Positions 40,222-53,110 of a DNA stretch of 64,000 nt are shown here, piece after piece. The position numbers and the translations under genes are program-made. The stretch spans positions 294,934,001 through 294,998,000 of the forward strand of contig OZ024742.1 in assembly GCA_964016885.1 (NCBI GenBank), written 5' to 3'. The stretch comes from Eledone cirrhosa. Lineage: Eukaryota. Below the pieces are notes generated by a model. It was given only the letters and a program-made list of their open reading frames with translations. It made no database searches and was not told where the DNA came from. Each line of letters starts with the position of its first letter. The first letter of the stretch is position 1.

Positions 40222-40350
40222 ATATAACAAATGTAATCTAGAAATGGCTTCTATAGGACTAGAACTGTTTCATTTAAAGGAAATCATCATTTCCTTCGAA
40301 TAAACAGTTCTAGACCTGTAGAAGCCATTTCTATATTAAATTTGTTATAT
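40222..40350. repeat. ~62-bp-stem fold-back palindrome within a probable Penelope-type pseudo-LTR
   Basis: atataacaaat...ggaaat-catc-atttcc...atttgttatat, preceded by gtactcaatacatcagtagagtg. Confidence 0.9.
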
Positions 40351-41015
40351 ATATATCTTAATCATTGTCATCAGTACAGCTTCCCTTTCTTACAAGGTTC
40401 TCTTCTTACCACCACCACTACCCACCCCATGTGCCACACTATCCATCTCTCCCTCTTTATCAAAATGCTGTAGGGAGAGTGGGGGTTCACAGACTGAGCT
40501 GTAACACCTGTGAATTGCTGAAGGTGTTGTTCAAAAGAAATGTCTTTACCCCCTCCCCCCTCCGAGTCTTCTAATTTTCTGATACTGTAATTATTTTAGT
40601 GTTTGTCATCACTCTGTATTACCATCCAGTCGCACCATTCACATCTAGTGTGCCAACGAAAGGGGGGGGGGGGGGGGCAACTCTTAAGGTTAAGCATATA
40701 CTACCCTCATTTATACACCCCCATTCCCATCAATGCCTCCTCAGAATGACCTAGGACACACCGAGCATCTTAGTATTGTAATGATGTGGTGCTGGTGTCA
40801 TGATAAAAAGCACCCAGTCTACTCTGTAACAATAAAATGTTTCCAGTACATGCTGTAAAGTGGTTAGCATTAGGAAGAGCATCCAGTCATAGAAACCAAA
40901 TTAAATCAAAAATGTAACATATGAGTAGGACATAATCTGACCTGTCTAGCCTAAAAAAAACCCTGTCCATCTAAAACATGTAAAAAGATGTTAAAGAATG
41001 ATATCATAGACCCCG

Positions 41016-41322
41016 TTCAGTCATGACTGACCACGGGATTACACCATGAAAATTCCTTTCTGAGATACAAGCCTGGGCTAGATGTTTTTTTGTGCACACC
41101 AGCAGTTGCCCATGCATGCCAGTCTCCCTTCTTCATGTCACAGATGTTGAAAAGGCTGATACAGCTTGGCTCCATGGACATTGCAACTAATTTCTCCAAC
41201 CGAGTGAACTGGAGCAACATGAAATGAAGAGTCTTGCTTACAGAAACAATACACTGCCCAGTCCAGGAATTGAACTTATAACCTCACAATTGAGTCCAAC
41301 ACTCTAACCACTAAGTCACACA
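41016..41322 (-). mobile_element. tRNA-derived SINE (family A-related)
   Basis: Minus-strand head 'gtgacttagtggttagagtgttggactca...aagttcaattcctggactgg' followed by a CORE-like segment. Confidence 0.65.
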
Positions 41323-41489
41323 TAAAATTCATGCTATTTTCCTTTCCATCCACACTTACAAAAAATAAACTGTCAAACATAAACTTAAGAGTTGAAAAGT
41401 GTTTTCTTTTTTTTTTTTTTTTTATAACATTTAACCATTTCATTACCATATTTCTAATGAAACACTGTATATAATTTTTTTTAAATCAA

Positions 41490-41920
41490 GATTCTGAGAG
41501 GATTTGCACCCATTTATGCATAGTTGTGCAAGTGTTACTGTTCTTGTGTCTACATATTTCCCAACCCCAGTGGCATCTGATTCAATGCAAAACCATCACT
41601 TTCGACTGGCACTCAGCTGCAGTGTTTGCCAGAGGCTTGACTTCTGGATCTGTGAGTCTCACAAGTGTCGCTATGATTCCACTGTGGATTCTTTCGGGCT
41701 TCACACAATCATGCCGTTATAGTAATGTCCACCTCTCAACAAGATCATAAAGCATGGCCTGGACTGAGGGGTTTGCATGACAATCTTCCTGTTCTGCAGG
41801 GTACCTACAGGGTGAAGCCTGTGAGGAGGAGAGGTTGTACCAGAACATCTCCCGCACCATCCTCCAGGGCAATGACTTCTCCATCGTGTCGGCCAAGACC
41901 ATGAGGCAGACTAACCTTTA
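41490..41920 (+). mobile_element. Degenerate CRE-like (restriction-like endonuclease) non-LTR retrotransposon 3' fragment
   Basis: Frameshifted 'FRLA...RLDFWICESHKCRYDSTVDSFGLH..SCRYS..LNKIIKHGLD..MTIFLF' and 'LYQNISRTILQGNDFSIV' resemble the zinc-knuckle/RLE C-terminus. Confidence 0.6.
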
Positions 41921-44900
41921 AATTTAATTTATGGTGGTGGCATATGGATTAAATTTACTTCCATAAGCATGATTAGTAAGAACATGAAAACTTAAACAAG
42001 GTCTTACATAAAATTATGACGAAATGTATTTAAGTTAATTTTTTATTAACTTTAAAAACAAGCTTTGAACATCAAATTGGTTATCTTTGCATCCAACTTA
42101 ACTGTGATTCTATGATATTAAGTTTTATTTTAAAGCATTTGTATTTATCTAAAAACATTCCATCATAGGTTTATGTAAAGACTTTTAAAGTTAATTACAT
42201 TACTCAGTCTCTAAATTCTTGGTTATTTTCAAAATTATTTGGAAACCATAGGCAGTGCCTTTCATTAAAAATATATGAAAAGGTTAAAGAAGTTTGTTGA
42301 GGGAGAGAACTGTTTAAACCCATTCCTTAATTTTTGCATACATACACATATTGAAATATAACAGAGTCTCTTGTCAAATTGATGATGATATACAAAATTA
42401 ACAACTATAAGTATTAATGTATTGTGTAAATAAATATATACATATACACCAGATCCGACCTCCCACTGTCACTGCCTCTGTCACTCCTGCTCTCCCCATC
42501 TTTCACTATTATAAGCAAATGGGAGCCCACACGCTGGCCTCGGCAGACAGAACAGAGAAGGCGTTTCCCCAGAGCATGGTGAGGGAGACGTGCTGGAAAA
42601 GCCATTCCAGCCCGCAAGGCTCACACCTGCGGGGAGCCAAATGTGTCGATGGTGGTGAATAGTTATGTTGTAAGGTACTGTTAGATGTTCACAGCTTACA
42701 AGCTAAAATAATTTTTTTTTCAGGTTATTACAGAAACATGGAAGTAACGTGCTACAAAAACATGCAACAGGGCAATGCTGACATTTGGGATCACACCAGA
42801 TAGAAAATTCTGCACATCTTTACACATTAAATTTTTTAATTGTTTCATTTATGAACCCCTTTGAGACCATAGTTCAGTTACCATCTCAGATTCTTCTAAC
42901 CTCCAAACTACTCAGAACTTAGATAGTAGCTGAGAAATCTGGCAGTGTATAACTAAAAGTTACTAAGTGGATTATTTGAAAAAGAAAATGTTAACCCTTC
43001 TGTTACCATGTTTCTAAATAAAAATACTGCGAATGATTTACAATTTTGAAAGCAATCAAGAATTTGGAGGGATATAGGTATATAACTTTGGTGTTTGGAA
43101 GATCACAGAATTTTCTTACATAAAATTATGATGGAAAGTTTAAATTTAAATATGAACACTTTATAAATCCTTTTTTTTTGTCAGTGCAGTTTCAGGCAGG
43201 TTAGTATCAGAAGACCTCATGAGAAAATCATTAACAGTAGGGATATATTTCTATGTATTGCAAGATAAATTGTGCAAATAACCCATTGAAGGTATTCTCA
43301 TATAACCCTTTAGCATTTAAACTGGTTATATCCAGCCAGAATTCTCACACCTATGTCTGTTCAAACCGACTGCTCATACTGATGTTAAGGTATTGTTCTC
43401 AAAATAGATAGCAAAATCTCATAGATTCAATATTATGAGATAAAGCCTTTACCATGAAAATATAATAGTAAATATAGAGTAATGTAAATGCTAAAGGGTT
43501 AGATAATTTCACAAAAAATAAACATTATCAACTTATATTTTATAACCACATAGAAAAAGGGTACTAGTTGCTGGATTCATTTAAACTATAACCCTTTTAA
43601 TACCAACTCTGGTCTTATGAAACAAAACCATTCATTTTAATCCTTTTGATCCCAAACCAACTCTGCTTCTACAACACATCACATTTAAATTTAAACCTTC
43701 CAACTTAACTTGTTACAAGAACCTTCTGTTATGTTACAAATGCCATCTTAATAATGAAACAAAAATTTAGTAAATCACTCCAGTTTTTAATTAAATGAAA
43801 TATAGTATTCCATTAGAAATATAGTCAGAGGTACCAGGTTACAATTTAAATTAAAATCTTCCAGCATAATTTTATATAAGAATTATGTTAATTCTTAGTA
43901 ATGAAATAATTTTAGTGAATTCCGCAGTAATTAAAATAGTGTATTTTATTAGAAATAGTCACAAAAAGGTTAGTTAACCTTAGACTGCAGTGAATCACTA
44001 GAATGGAGCACAATGCAAAGTCTTTGGGGATAGTCAGTAAGTATTGGAGACTACTACAGCAAGAACAGTTTAAGACGTTTCTAATCACAAGGACAAATAA
44101 ACGGGGAGGGGGGGGGGGAGTGACAAGATGACTTTCTTCAGTTTGTGACCTATAACTTTGTCTACAATTATCCTTCCAAGCAGATGGAATGAAATAAACT
44201 CTGAGCAATACCATTAAACCTTTTGTTACTACATTTTTAACAATATACTGCCTTTGAATTCTAATTATCAAAGTAATCAATAATTATGAGATTTAACTAC
44301 CAGAAACTAATATCTGTTGTGTAATGAGATTTCAGTCCAAGAATTGAACCGAAATTTGAACACTTTCACAGAACCAGTTTGGTGTTTAAAATGGTTAAAA
44401 ATAACTTTGCCATTATTTAGATACCAGACTCAACCTTCTTTTTTTTTTATACAAAACCACCACTGATTCTATATTATAAAACTTCCCATCGTAAAATGTT
44501 CATACCTATATCAAATAACCTTCCATCATAATTTTATCTAAGAACTTTAATGTTCCAAACATTTGCTTACTAATGAAAATGTTATGTTAAAAAAATTAAC
44601 TGAAACACTTTGGCAGTTTATTTCATTAAAAATATCGTAAAAGGGTTAAAATATATTTGCTAACAGAAGAGGGAATTCTTTCGATCACTTCTCAGTAGAT
44701 TGAAACAGAATCTATCGAAAGATGTCATAAACCGTGTTTCATGTGGAACCTGAAAGATTGTTGTTTGCTTGGTTAAAACCTCCAGCCATGTCCATCAGCT
44801 TTGATCAACCTAATTTTCATGTAAGATATTATGACAGAATGCACCAGACATCTGATTCTAACTGGCAGAATTAAGCCAAGTTTAGCAAAATTGACAGGTC

Positions 44901-45967
44901 AATAAATTTTGCTTTTTGCAACAGAATTTGTCACCCTGAGAAGTCTTTAAACTGTAAAAAAAAAACAGCTCATCAAATAAACGTGAAACTTCGAAGCAAA
45001 GTCAGATATACATGAATCAGAAAATATATTAACTATATACTTATAAAACAACCCTATATACATATGCATGCACCCACTATAAAGATTTTTTTTCTTTTTT
45101 TATCAGTGGTTCAGCATCCAGGAAGTACACCAATGTTTAGTTTATGCCATACTAAGGGATGTTATTCAACGAAACTCCTCCACGTAATAACACAAGATGC
45201 TACAATATCTCCCTTGGTCATTCTTACATCAGATAAACATAGGATATAAACATAGGATATATACATATACCATATTATCAACTTATCAAAGAGTTTTTCT
45301 TCTTACATCAGATGACTTATCTTTCTCAATATTCTTAGAGTTCAAACATGCATACACACAAACACATATATACACACAAATGTGTATTCATTTACTGGAT
45401 TGTCATTAGACTACGGTCATGCTGGGGCAAATGCTTCAAAGGGATTTAGTCGACCATATTTTCAAGACTGATACATATTTTATTGATCTCTTATTGTTTG
45501 TCGAACCGCTAAGTTACGGAACATAAACATACATCTACAGTTTCTGTCTACGAAATTTCATTCTCAATGCATTGGTCAAACTGAGGCTTTGTAGAAGCTT
45601 AAGACACTGGCCTAAGGTACCATGCAGTAGAACTGAACTTGAAACCACGTGGTTGTGAAGCGATCTACTTGACCACACATCCATGTCTGTGCCAATATGT
45701 ATATATTGATTGTTAAGAAACTCCATTTATCAGATTTTTAGAAAATATAACTGGGTAATAAAGAATCATTTCAATTTATTGATACAAATCTCGCTCTAAA
45801 AATTAACACTATCAGTCATTGTTCTGGGAAACTTGATTCAATTTGTTGGTTTGGCTGTTTTATTTAACGAAAAAAAACCCAACAAAATATGATTGACAGT
45901 AATAGTATTGTGGAAAGAATGAGGCGAGATCAAGTGAATAAAATGAGTAATTGGAGAGAAACTTTTT

Positions 45968-46320
45968 TAAATAATGGTTTCTAATTTGGGCACAAGACAA
46001 ACAACTTTTTTAGTGGGGAGGAGAAAGTCGATTAAATCGACCCCACATTCTTCCCGGAAGGAGGAAAAGCAATGTTGACCCCGGCAGGATTTCAACTGAG
46101 AAACGTAGAGACGTAACTGAACAAATACCGCATGGAATTTCGTTTGATGAGTTAATGAATTCTGCCAATCCACCGCCATAATAATAATAATAATAATGAT
46201 TTCAATTTAGGTACAAAGCCAGTAACTTTTTAGTGGGGAGGGTGGGGGGGAATCGATTAAATCGACTTCAGTACTTGACTGGTATTTTATTTTATCGACC
46301 CAGAAGGATGAAAGGCAAAA
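45968..46320 (-). mobile_element. Two diverged SINE family B-related copies
   Basis: 'tttgggcacaag...gtcgattaaatcgacc...ctgccaatccaccgcc' and 'ggtattttattttatcgacccagaaggatgaaaggcaaa'. Confidence 0.7.
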
Positions 46321-46615
46321 TAATAACACAAACAATAACAACAACAATAAAACAGATTTGGAGGGTGGGTATAATCTGCACACCCACCCAGAAATGTTTT
46401 GTTTCAGATAAAAAGATGCGACAATCTTTTCTTTCTTTCAAAATGAGATATTTACACAAGTTCAAAATTATAAAAATATTGGAAAATATCTCCATCTTGC
46501 GTGTGTAAGTGCTCATATGTGAATATGAATGTGTTAAAAGACCTTTAAAAGACATATGCAGAGTGCGTTTTTTTTCTTCCAATTTTACTTTTTAAACAAA
46601 ATCACACGCACATAT

Positions 46616-46658
<43 letters not shown>

Positions 46659-46954
46659 GTGTGTGTGTGTATTCATATGCATACATGTATTCATATACAC
46701 AGATGTATTTATATACATTCATGTACTCATACACATGTACATATATTCACATACATGTACATAAACAATATTTCTTACTCTTCTTTGATAAAAGGTTTAA
46801 CCCGAAATGTCAGATCCCTTCTCTTTCTATTCGGTGTAATTATTTCCAACACACATTGTTCTTATTTTTGTGCATATATTTTGTCAACCACGTGTCTTCT
46901 TTATTTTTACTCCTAAATCTCTTACGGTTTAACTGTGTGTGTATGTATATGTAT

Positions 46955-46992
<38 letters not shown>

Positions 46993-47458
46993 GCCATCTA
47001 TGTGATGTGTTGGGTGTGTGATATTAGATTTGTAAGTGATTAATAGAGGTGGTGGACTTCTTATTTTTTGTCTTTTTGTTAGGTTATTCATTAAAAACAG
47101 TTCAGTGTGACGGATTTTCTGAGTAGACAAACAGTCCAGAAGATAAGAGTCATAATAGTAAAAAGCCATCACACTTTACAGTTTGGTATATATATAACCT
47201 GTAATCTCCACATATCCAACATGGTTGTCAGTCAAAAACTGTGCGTAACCTCAGATTTAATAAAAATAATAATACAACACAACACAACACAAATAGTCTT
47301 TCAGGAGAGATACATGGGGCAGAAACCATCTGTATAACGATATCTTCGGAAATAATAAAAACAAAAAAAAAAATAATAATAAAAACTGAAAAAAAAAAAG
47401 TCAATTCAAAAGTAAAAAAAGGAAAAAAATAAGGGGGAAAAAAAAATCAAGAATGTTT

Positions 47459-48286
47459 TCACCAGCCCCCGTATGGCCCTGAGCCACGTGGAGTAAAGCT
47501 GCCGCGACCACGAGTTGGGCCGCCACCCAAGCCGTTGCCATAGGGACAAGAGAAATTAGTACCATAAGCATCACTGGTATAGTTAGCTATTCCACTCGGG
47601 TAAGTATACCATCCAGCGCCCGCACCAGAGTACCCGTAGGTACTTCCGTACCCTTGAAATGTACCTCGTCCATATGGGTTCAATACACGACTATAGGCAG
47701 CAACACCACCACTGCCGGCACCACGACCAGTTAGAAGTTCGTCCTTGGAAACAGCTTTTTTCACTTCTACCTGTTTTCCTGATAACTCAAAATGTTTCTT
47801 AATAACACACTTGTCTACGCTATCATAGTCAGTGAAGGTAACAAAACAGAACCTCTTAAACTTTCCAGTACCTTTGTCTCTAATCATGTCGATCTTCTCA
47901 ATTTCACCATAAGGCGAAAATGTGTTTCGAATTTCATCCTCGGTGCTGTCTTCCTTAATGCCACCAACGAACATTTTACTGACGCTAACTTTATTTTCAG
48001 GCGCCTCATCTTGCGGAATGGCTCGCTTGGTGTCCAACTTTCTGTTATCGATGGAATGCGGCCGAGCTTCTTGGACCTTGTCCAGTGCTTCTGGACACAC
48101 AAATGTGACGAAAGCAAACCCTTTAGATTGGTTTGTGGATGGATTTTTTACGATAACACATTTAGAGACCTCTCCCCAAGTTTGGAAATAGTTTTTCAAT
48201 GACTCCTCAGATGTGTCCGAACTCAGCCGAGCTACGAATAACTTGCAGAATTTTTCTTCTTCGGAGCTAGTAGTCATCATGGTCAT
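47459..48286 (-). CDS. Intronless hnRNP A/B-family (A1/A2/A3-like) RNA-binding protein, 275 aa
   Basis: Two RRMs (RNP2 LFVARL / MFVGGI; RNP1 KGFAFVTF / KRFCFVTF), linker 'ARPHSIDNRKLDTKRAIP', 'VEVKKAVSK', and a Gly/Tyr-rich tail ending RGSGPYGGW; uninterrupted ORF. Confidence 0.93.
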   Translation of the reverse strand: MTMMTTSSEEEKFCKLFVARLSSDTSEESLKNYFQTWGEVSKCVIVKNPSTNQSKGFAFVTFVCPEALDKVQEARPHSIDNRKLDTKRAIPQDEAPENKVSVSKMFVGGIKEDSTEDEIRNTFSPYGEIEKIDMIRDKGTGKFKRFCFVTFTDYDSVDKCVIKKHFELSGKQVEVKKAVSKDELLTGRGAGSGGVAAYSRVLNPYGRGTFQGYGSTYGYSGAGAGWYTYPSGIANYTSDAYGTNFSCPYGNGLGGGPTRGRGSFTPRGSGPYGGW

Positions 48287-50004
48287 TTTTTTTTTTAATA
48301 TGTAGAGAGAAAAATTTTCTGTATCTTTTTTTTTTTTTTTTGCTTTGTTTTATATTAAACTAGAACAGAATATCTAGCTGTGAGCAGAATTATTTCATGG
48401 AAAGAGATGCAGAGAGAAATAAGAGACCGAAGCAAATAAGTTGTGAATAATTGTTATAGGTGACAGAAGCAAAGTGAATGTATATAGAAACTGAAAATAA
48501 ATGTGTAGGATTGAAAAGTTAAATAATAATATATATTGATCAGAAGAGTTTTTTTTTTTTTTTAAGCAAGCCGACGGGTGTGGAAAAATGTAGAGAAATA
48601 TTTGTTAAATAAAAATAGAGGCAAGGAGTGGGACGAAAATATAACGTTAACAGAAAGTGAAACAAACCCTAACAATTAAAGCAGAAAGAAACTAAAAAGA
48701 ATGAGTGTAAAACTAGCCTCATAAGGCAGCTAAATTAAAAGTAAAATAATCCGTTTCTTTGGTAATAAAGGGACTTTCGTTCAATTTCTCTTTGTGATAT
48801 TCGGTTTGCAACAAACCACAGCATCTTTCTTTACCAGAGTCAGTGACTGCTAGAGTTATCTTTCCTTCAGTCTTGCTTTATCTGATAGATGGCTACTATT
48901 TCCGCTAAATTATACAAATAAGTTTAAACGTTAATAATGTATCTACAATTTTGGAAACTGAAAAGTCGAGAAAAATGAAAATCAAAAATATGAGTTTAAA
49001 AATTTTATTTGCAAAAGATATTTAGTTTTATGGATATATATATATAATATATATATATATTATATATATATATTATATATATATATATATTATGCAGAGT
49101 TGTTGTTCTTGGATTGATTGATCACCAGATGTCGTTATAGTCTACTCTGCCAACGTCACTCACTCTCAGTCACGTATCTCTGTATGGGACATAAAGTCGC
49201 TCTTTTGTTAAATTCCACCGCCAAAAAGTAATGTCAAATCAACAATCTTAAATTAAAGCACGCATGTCTATTAAGTATTTGTTTAGTGCTAGATCTTCGC
49301 AAAATTTTAAAGAAAGGCTTATTTTGGGGATATGTAATTCACAAATTTCGTTTTATAAACGAGCGCATCAACAAGGGGGTCATCTTATGTGGGCGTATGA
49401 CCTGTTTATAATAGTCAAATATATCTTAAATAACGATAGGATACATTAGATCATAAACTCCTGTACACGATGCTTGCAAACAAATAAGACTGGATGGCCA
49501 CGACTAGAACAGCAAAAACTAGTATAAAAGCTATTTTAAAAATTTTATTTGTTTTTAGTTTGTTTTCTTTTGATTCAGTGTCTCGTGCTAAAACTAGGAA
49601 ATACAAAAAGCTTAGTGGGATAGGTTTCGCTTTTAGTATGTAAAATGGCAGACAAAGTGAAAGGAAAAACCCAATAATTAAGTGAAACGTGTTATCGCAG
49701 TGTTAGTCAAGATATTTTTTTGGAGCCTCATATCGGGCTGCTTTACCTTGTTAAGGTAATTTATTGGTGGAGACAGTTGACCAAACGGCTAATTGATAAT
49801 GACTAAAGCATGCCGAATAAAAAGAAGGAATAACCACAAAACCAGACAAGCAACTATGAAGTTTCAGCACAGGGAAGACGTGTAAAATGTACTCTCCAAA
49901 AGCTGGATATTACCATCAATGGACAGCTGCTCAAGCAAACCACAGACTTCACACACTGGGAGAGCAAAGTCCAGAAGGCAAGCTGAATCAACTGTCAACC
50001 AACA

Positions 50005-52232
50005 ATGACCCATTCAATCCATGCCACTCTAGTCTCACACCATTTTGACCCAGTCAATTCTCAGACCACTATGACCCATTCAGTACATGCCAGTCAACTC
50101 TCGGGCAAGTTTGACCCATTCAATCCATGCCATGCCAGTCTAGTCTTAGACCACTATCATCATCATCATCATTTCATTTTACGTCTGCATTTCCCTGCTT
50201 GCAAGGGTTGAACGGTAACGGATTCTGGCTTGATTTCTACAGCTGGATGCCCTTCCTAACACCAACCTCATTTGCAGTGAGTGCTGGGTGCTTTTTTTAC
50301 GTGGCACCTCCATGACCACTTTACAGTGTGGGCTGGGTGCTTTTTTGCCGTGGCACCTCCACGACCACTTTGCAGTGGAATGATAGGGACCCCAGTCCCT
50401 ATCATCTCATTTCTACAGCTAAGTAAACTGGAGCAATGTGAAATAAAGTGTCTTGCTCAAGGAAACACATCACCCGTCTGAGAATTGAACTCACAACCTT
50501 TCGATTGCAAGGCCAATGCTCTAACCACTACGCCATGTGCCTCCATGTAATGTAAATGCTAAAGGTTTAACAGGGCTAGCAGGGACGACAAAGAGAGGGA
50601 AGAAAGTGAGAAAGTAATATGAAAAATCCCAAGACTTACTATGACCCATTCAATACATGCCACTCTAGTCTCGGGCCATTATGACCCATTCAATCAATGA
50701 CAGTCTAGTCGCACACCACATTGACCCATACAATCCATGCCAGTCAACTATCAGACCACTTTGACCCATTCAATCTATGCCAGTCTAGTCTCGGGCCACT
50801 ATGACCCATTCAATCCATGCCAGTCAAATCTCAGACCACTATCACCCATTCAATTCATTCCAATCAACTCTCAGACCTCTTTGACCCATTCAATTAATGC
50901 CAGTCTAGTGTCAGTGCCATTTTGACCCATTCAATATATGTCAGTCAACTGTCAGACTAATTTGACCCATTCAATCCAGGCCAGTCAATGCTCAGACCAA
51001 TTTGACCCATTCGATCGATGCCACTCTAGTCTCAGACCACATTGACCCATTCAATCCATGCCAGTCTAGTCTCAGGCCACTATGACCCATTTTATGCATG
51101 CCAATCTAGTCTCAGGCCACTATGACCCATTCAATCCATGCCAGTCTAGTCTCAGGCGACTTTGACCCATTCAATCCATGCCAGTCAACTCTACGACCAC
51201 TTTGACCAATACAATCAATGCCAGTCTAGTCACACATATTTGACCCATTCAATTCATGCCAGTCTTGTCTCAGGCCACTTTGACCAATTCAATCCGTGCC
51301 AGTCGACTCTCAGAACACTATGACCCATTCAATACTTGCCAGTCAACTCTGAGGTGACTTTGACCAATTTAGTCCATGCAAGTCTACTCCCAGACCCCAT
51401 TGACGCATTGAATCCATGCCAGTCTAGTCTCAGACCAATTTGACACATTCAATCCATGCCAGTTAACTGTGAGACCACTTTCACCCGTTCAATCCATGCC
51501 AGTCAACTCTCCAACTAATTTGACCCATTCAATCCATACTAGTCTAACCCCAGGCCAGGCCACTATGACCCATTCAATCCATTCCAGTCTAATCTCAGGC
51601 CACTTTGACCCATTCAATCTGTGCCAGTCTACTCTCAGACCATATTGACCCATTCAGTCCATGCTAGTCAACTCTCAAACCACTATGGCCCGTCCATTCA
51701 TTACATGCCAGTCAACTCTGAGGCAACTTTGACCAATTCAATCCATGCCAGTCAACTGTCAGACAACTTTGACCCATTCAATCCATGGCCGTCTAGTCTC
51801 AGACCTTTATAACCCATTCACTCCATGCCAGTCTAGTCTCAGGCGACTTTCACCCATTCAATTAATGCCAGTTTCTTTTAAGGCCACTATGACCCATTCA
51901 ATTCATGCCAGTCTAGTCTTAGACCACTTTGACCCATTTAATCCATGTAGTCTAGTCCCAGATCACTAAGACCCATTCAATCCCTGCCAGTCTGGTCTCA
52001 GGCCTCTATAACCCATTCACTCCATGCCAGTCTAGTCTCAGACTAATTTGACCCATTGAATCCCTGCCATTCTCTTCTCAGGCCACTATGGCCCATTCAA
52101 TACATGCCATTTAACTCTCAGAACACTTTGACCCATTCAATCCATGCCAGTCGAGTCTCAGACCACTATGACCCATTGAAGCCATGCCAGTCTATCTCAG
52201 GCCACTTTAACCAATTCAATCCATGCCAGCCT
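50005..52232. repeat. 40-bp satellite (tgacccattcaatccatgccagtctagtctcagaccacta): about 40 copies at 50641-52232 plus about 4 at 50005-50157
   Basis: Tandem array visible directly, with two sub-variants (agtctagtct / agtcaactct). Confidence 0.95.
50158..50545 (-). mobile_element. SINE head fused to an RTE-type 3' module, interrupting the satellite
   Basis: Minus strand: tRNA-like head at ~50545, CORE-like ccttgagcaagacactttatttcac, gtgttaggaagggcatcc, (GAT)n tail. Confidence 0.7.
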
Positions 52233-52615
52233 ACTGTAACCTAAACAATCTAATGTCAGTCAAGTCTGAGACCAGCTTCTAAAAACTAAGACAGAAAGAC
52301 CAAAGCCATAAATATCTAATCCATTTTCACCTACCTGTGCCAGACTTGAACTTAGAACAAAATCCTGGAGTGAAAATCTCACAACCTGTGAGATGGGTGT
52401 CTCAGAGAAAATGTTACACCTGTAACCTACAGAAAAATAATTTATTCTTCGTAAACTTTTGTTGGGTGGTGGGAGGCAGAAAAAAGTAAATAAAAACTGG
52501 TGTCTGTTTTGTTGTATATATATTTATATATAAATATACTTTTTGAATTTTGTTTATTGACAGCCTGAAAGCTTAAATTATGGAATTTTTTCAGAAATTG
52601 GTAATTTTACTGATG

Positions 52616-53110
52616 TACAAAGGTGCTTCAAAATGTTTGTGGTGAAAGGACAGTTGGAAAAAAACAGTTATAATTGTTTCTACTTTTGGCACAAGGCCAA
52701 CAATTACTCAGTGCATTACTGGTACTTTATTTCATCGACCTCGTAAGGATGAAAGGCAAAGTTATAATGTTTATTTTTCAACATATGCTTCATCTAGGTC
52801 AATACCCTTCTGCAAGCATTAATACCTGCCTTTAAATTCCTCTGTGTAAAAGTGAGGGCCATGTGATTTAAACCATGTCAAAGCAGCTTTTTTTTTACAT
52901 CTTCAACTTCATCTCTTCCACTTTTAAAACGATTTATCCATTTGTATGTTAACGATTTCTTTGGGGCCTTGTCCCCATAAACTTGCTTTACAGCATCAAG
53001 GATTTGGCTGCTCTTCCACTCTAGCTTCACCATGAATTTGATGTTTTGATGGAGTCTATGCTGCTCGAGCAGGTGCTGACTTCCAACTGGCACCGCCATG
53101 TTGCAACATG
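52616..53110 (-). mobile_element. Internally deleted Hsmar2-like (irritans-type) mariner with a SINE B fragment at ~52670-52765
   Basis: 'NIKFMVKLEWKSSQILDAVKQVYGDKAPKKSLTYKWINRFKSGRDEVED' joined to the C-terminus 'AALTWF...CLQKGIDLDEAYVEK'; TIR-like tacaaaggtgcttcaaaa. Confidence 0.8.

Noticed and set aside
42417-42800. GC-richer segment with a possible 50-nt GT-AG intron
   Set aside because: No coherent coding frame or homology recognised; could be a transposon relic or a non-coding exon.
47792-48202. ORFs overlapping the hnRNP gene
   Set aside because: Antisense or alternative-frame shadows with no recognisable motif.
48800-49500. Promoter of the hnRNP gene
   Set aside because: Plausible location with some CpGs, but no motif can be called from sequence alone.
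50641-52232. CRISPR-like regular array
   Set aside because: Units are contiguous with no unique spacers, there are no cas genes and the context is eukaryotic; it is a satellite. Its short ORFs are repeat artefacts.
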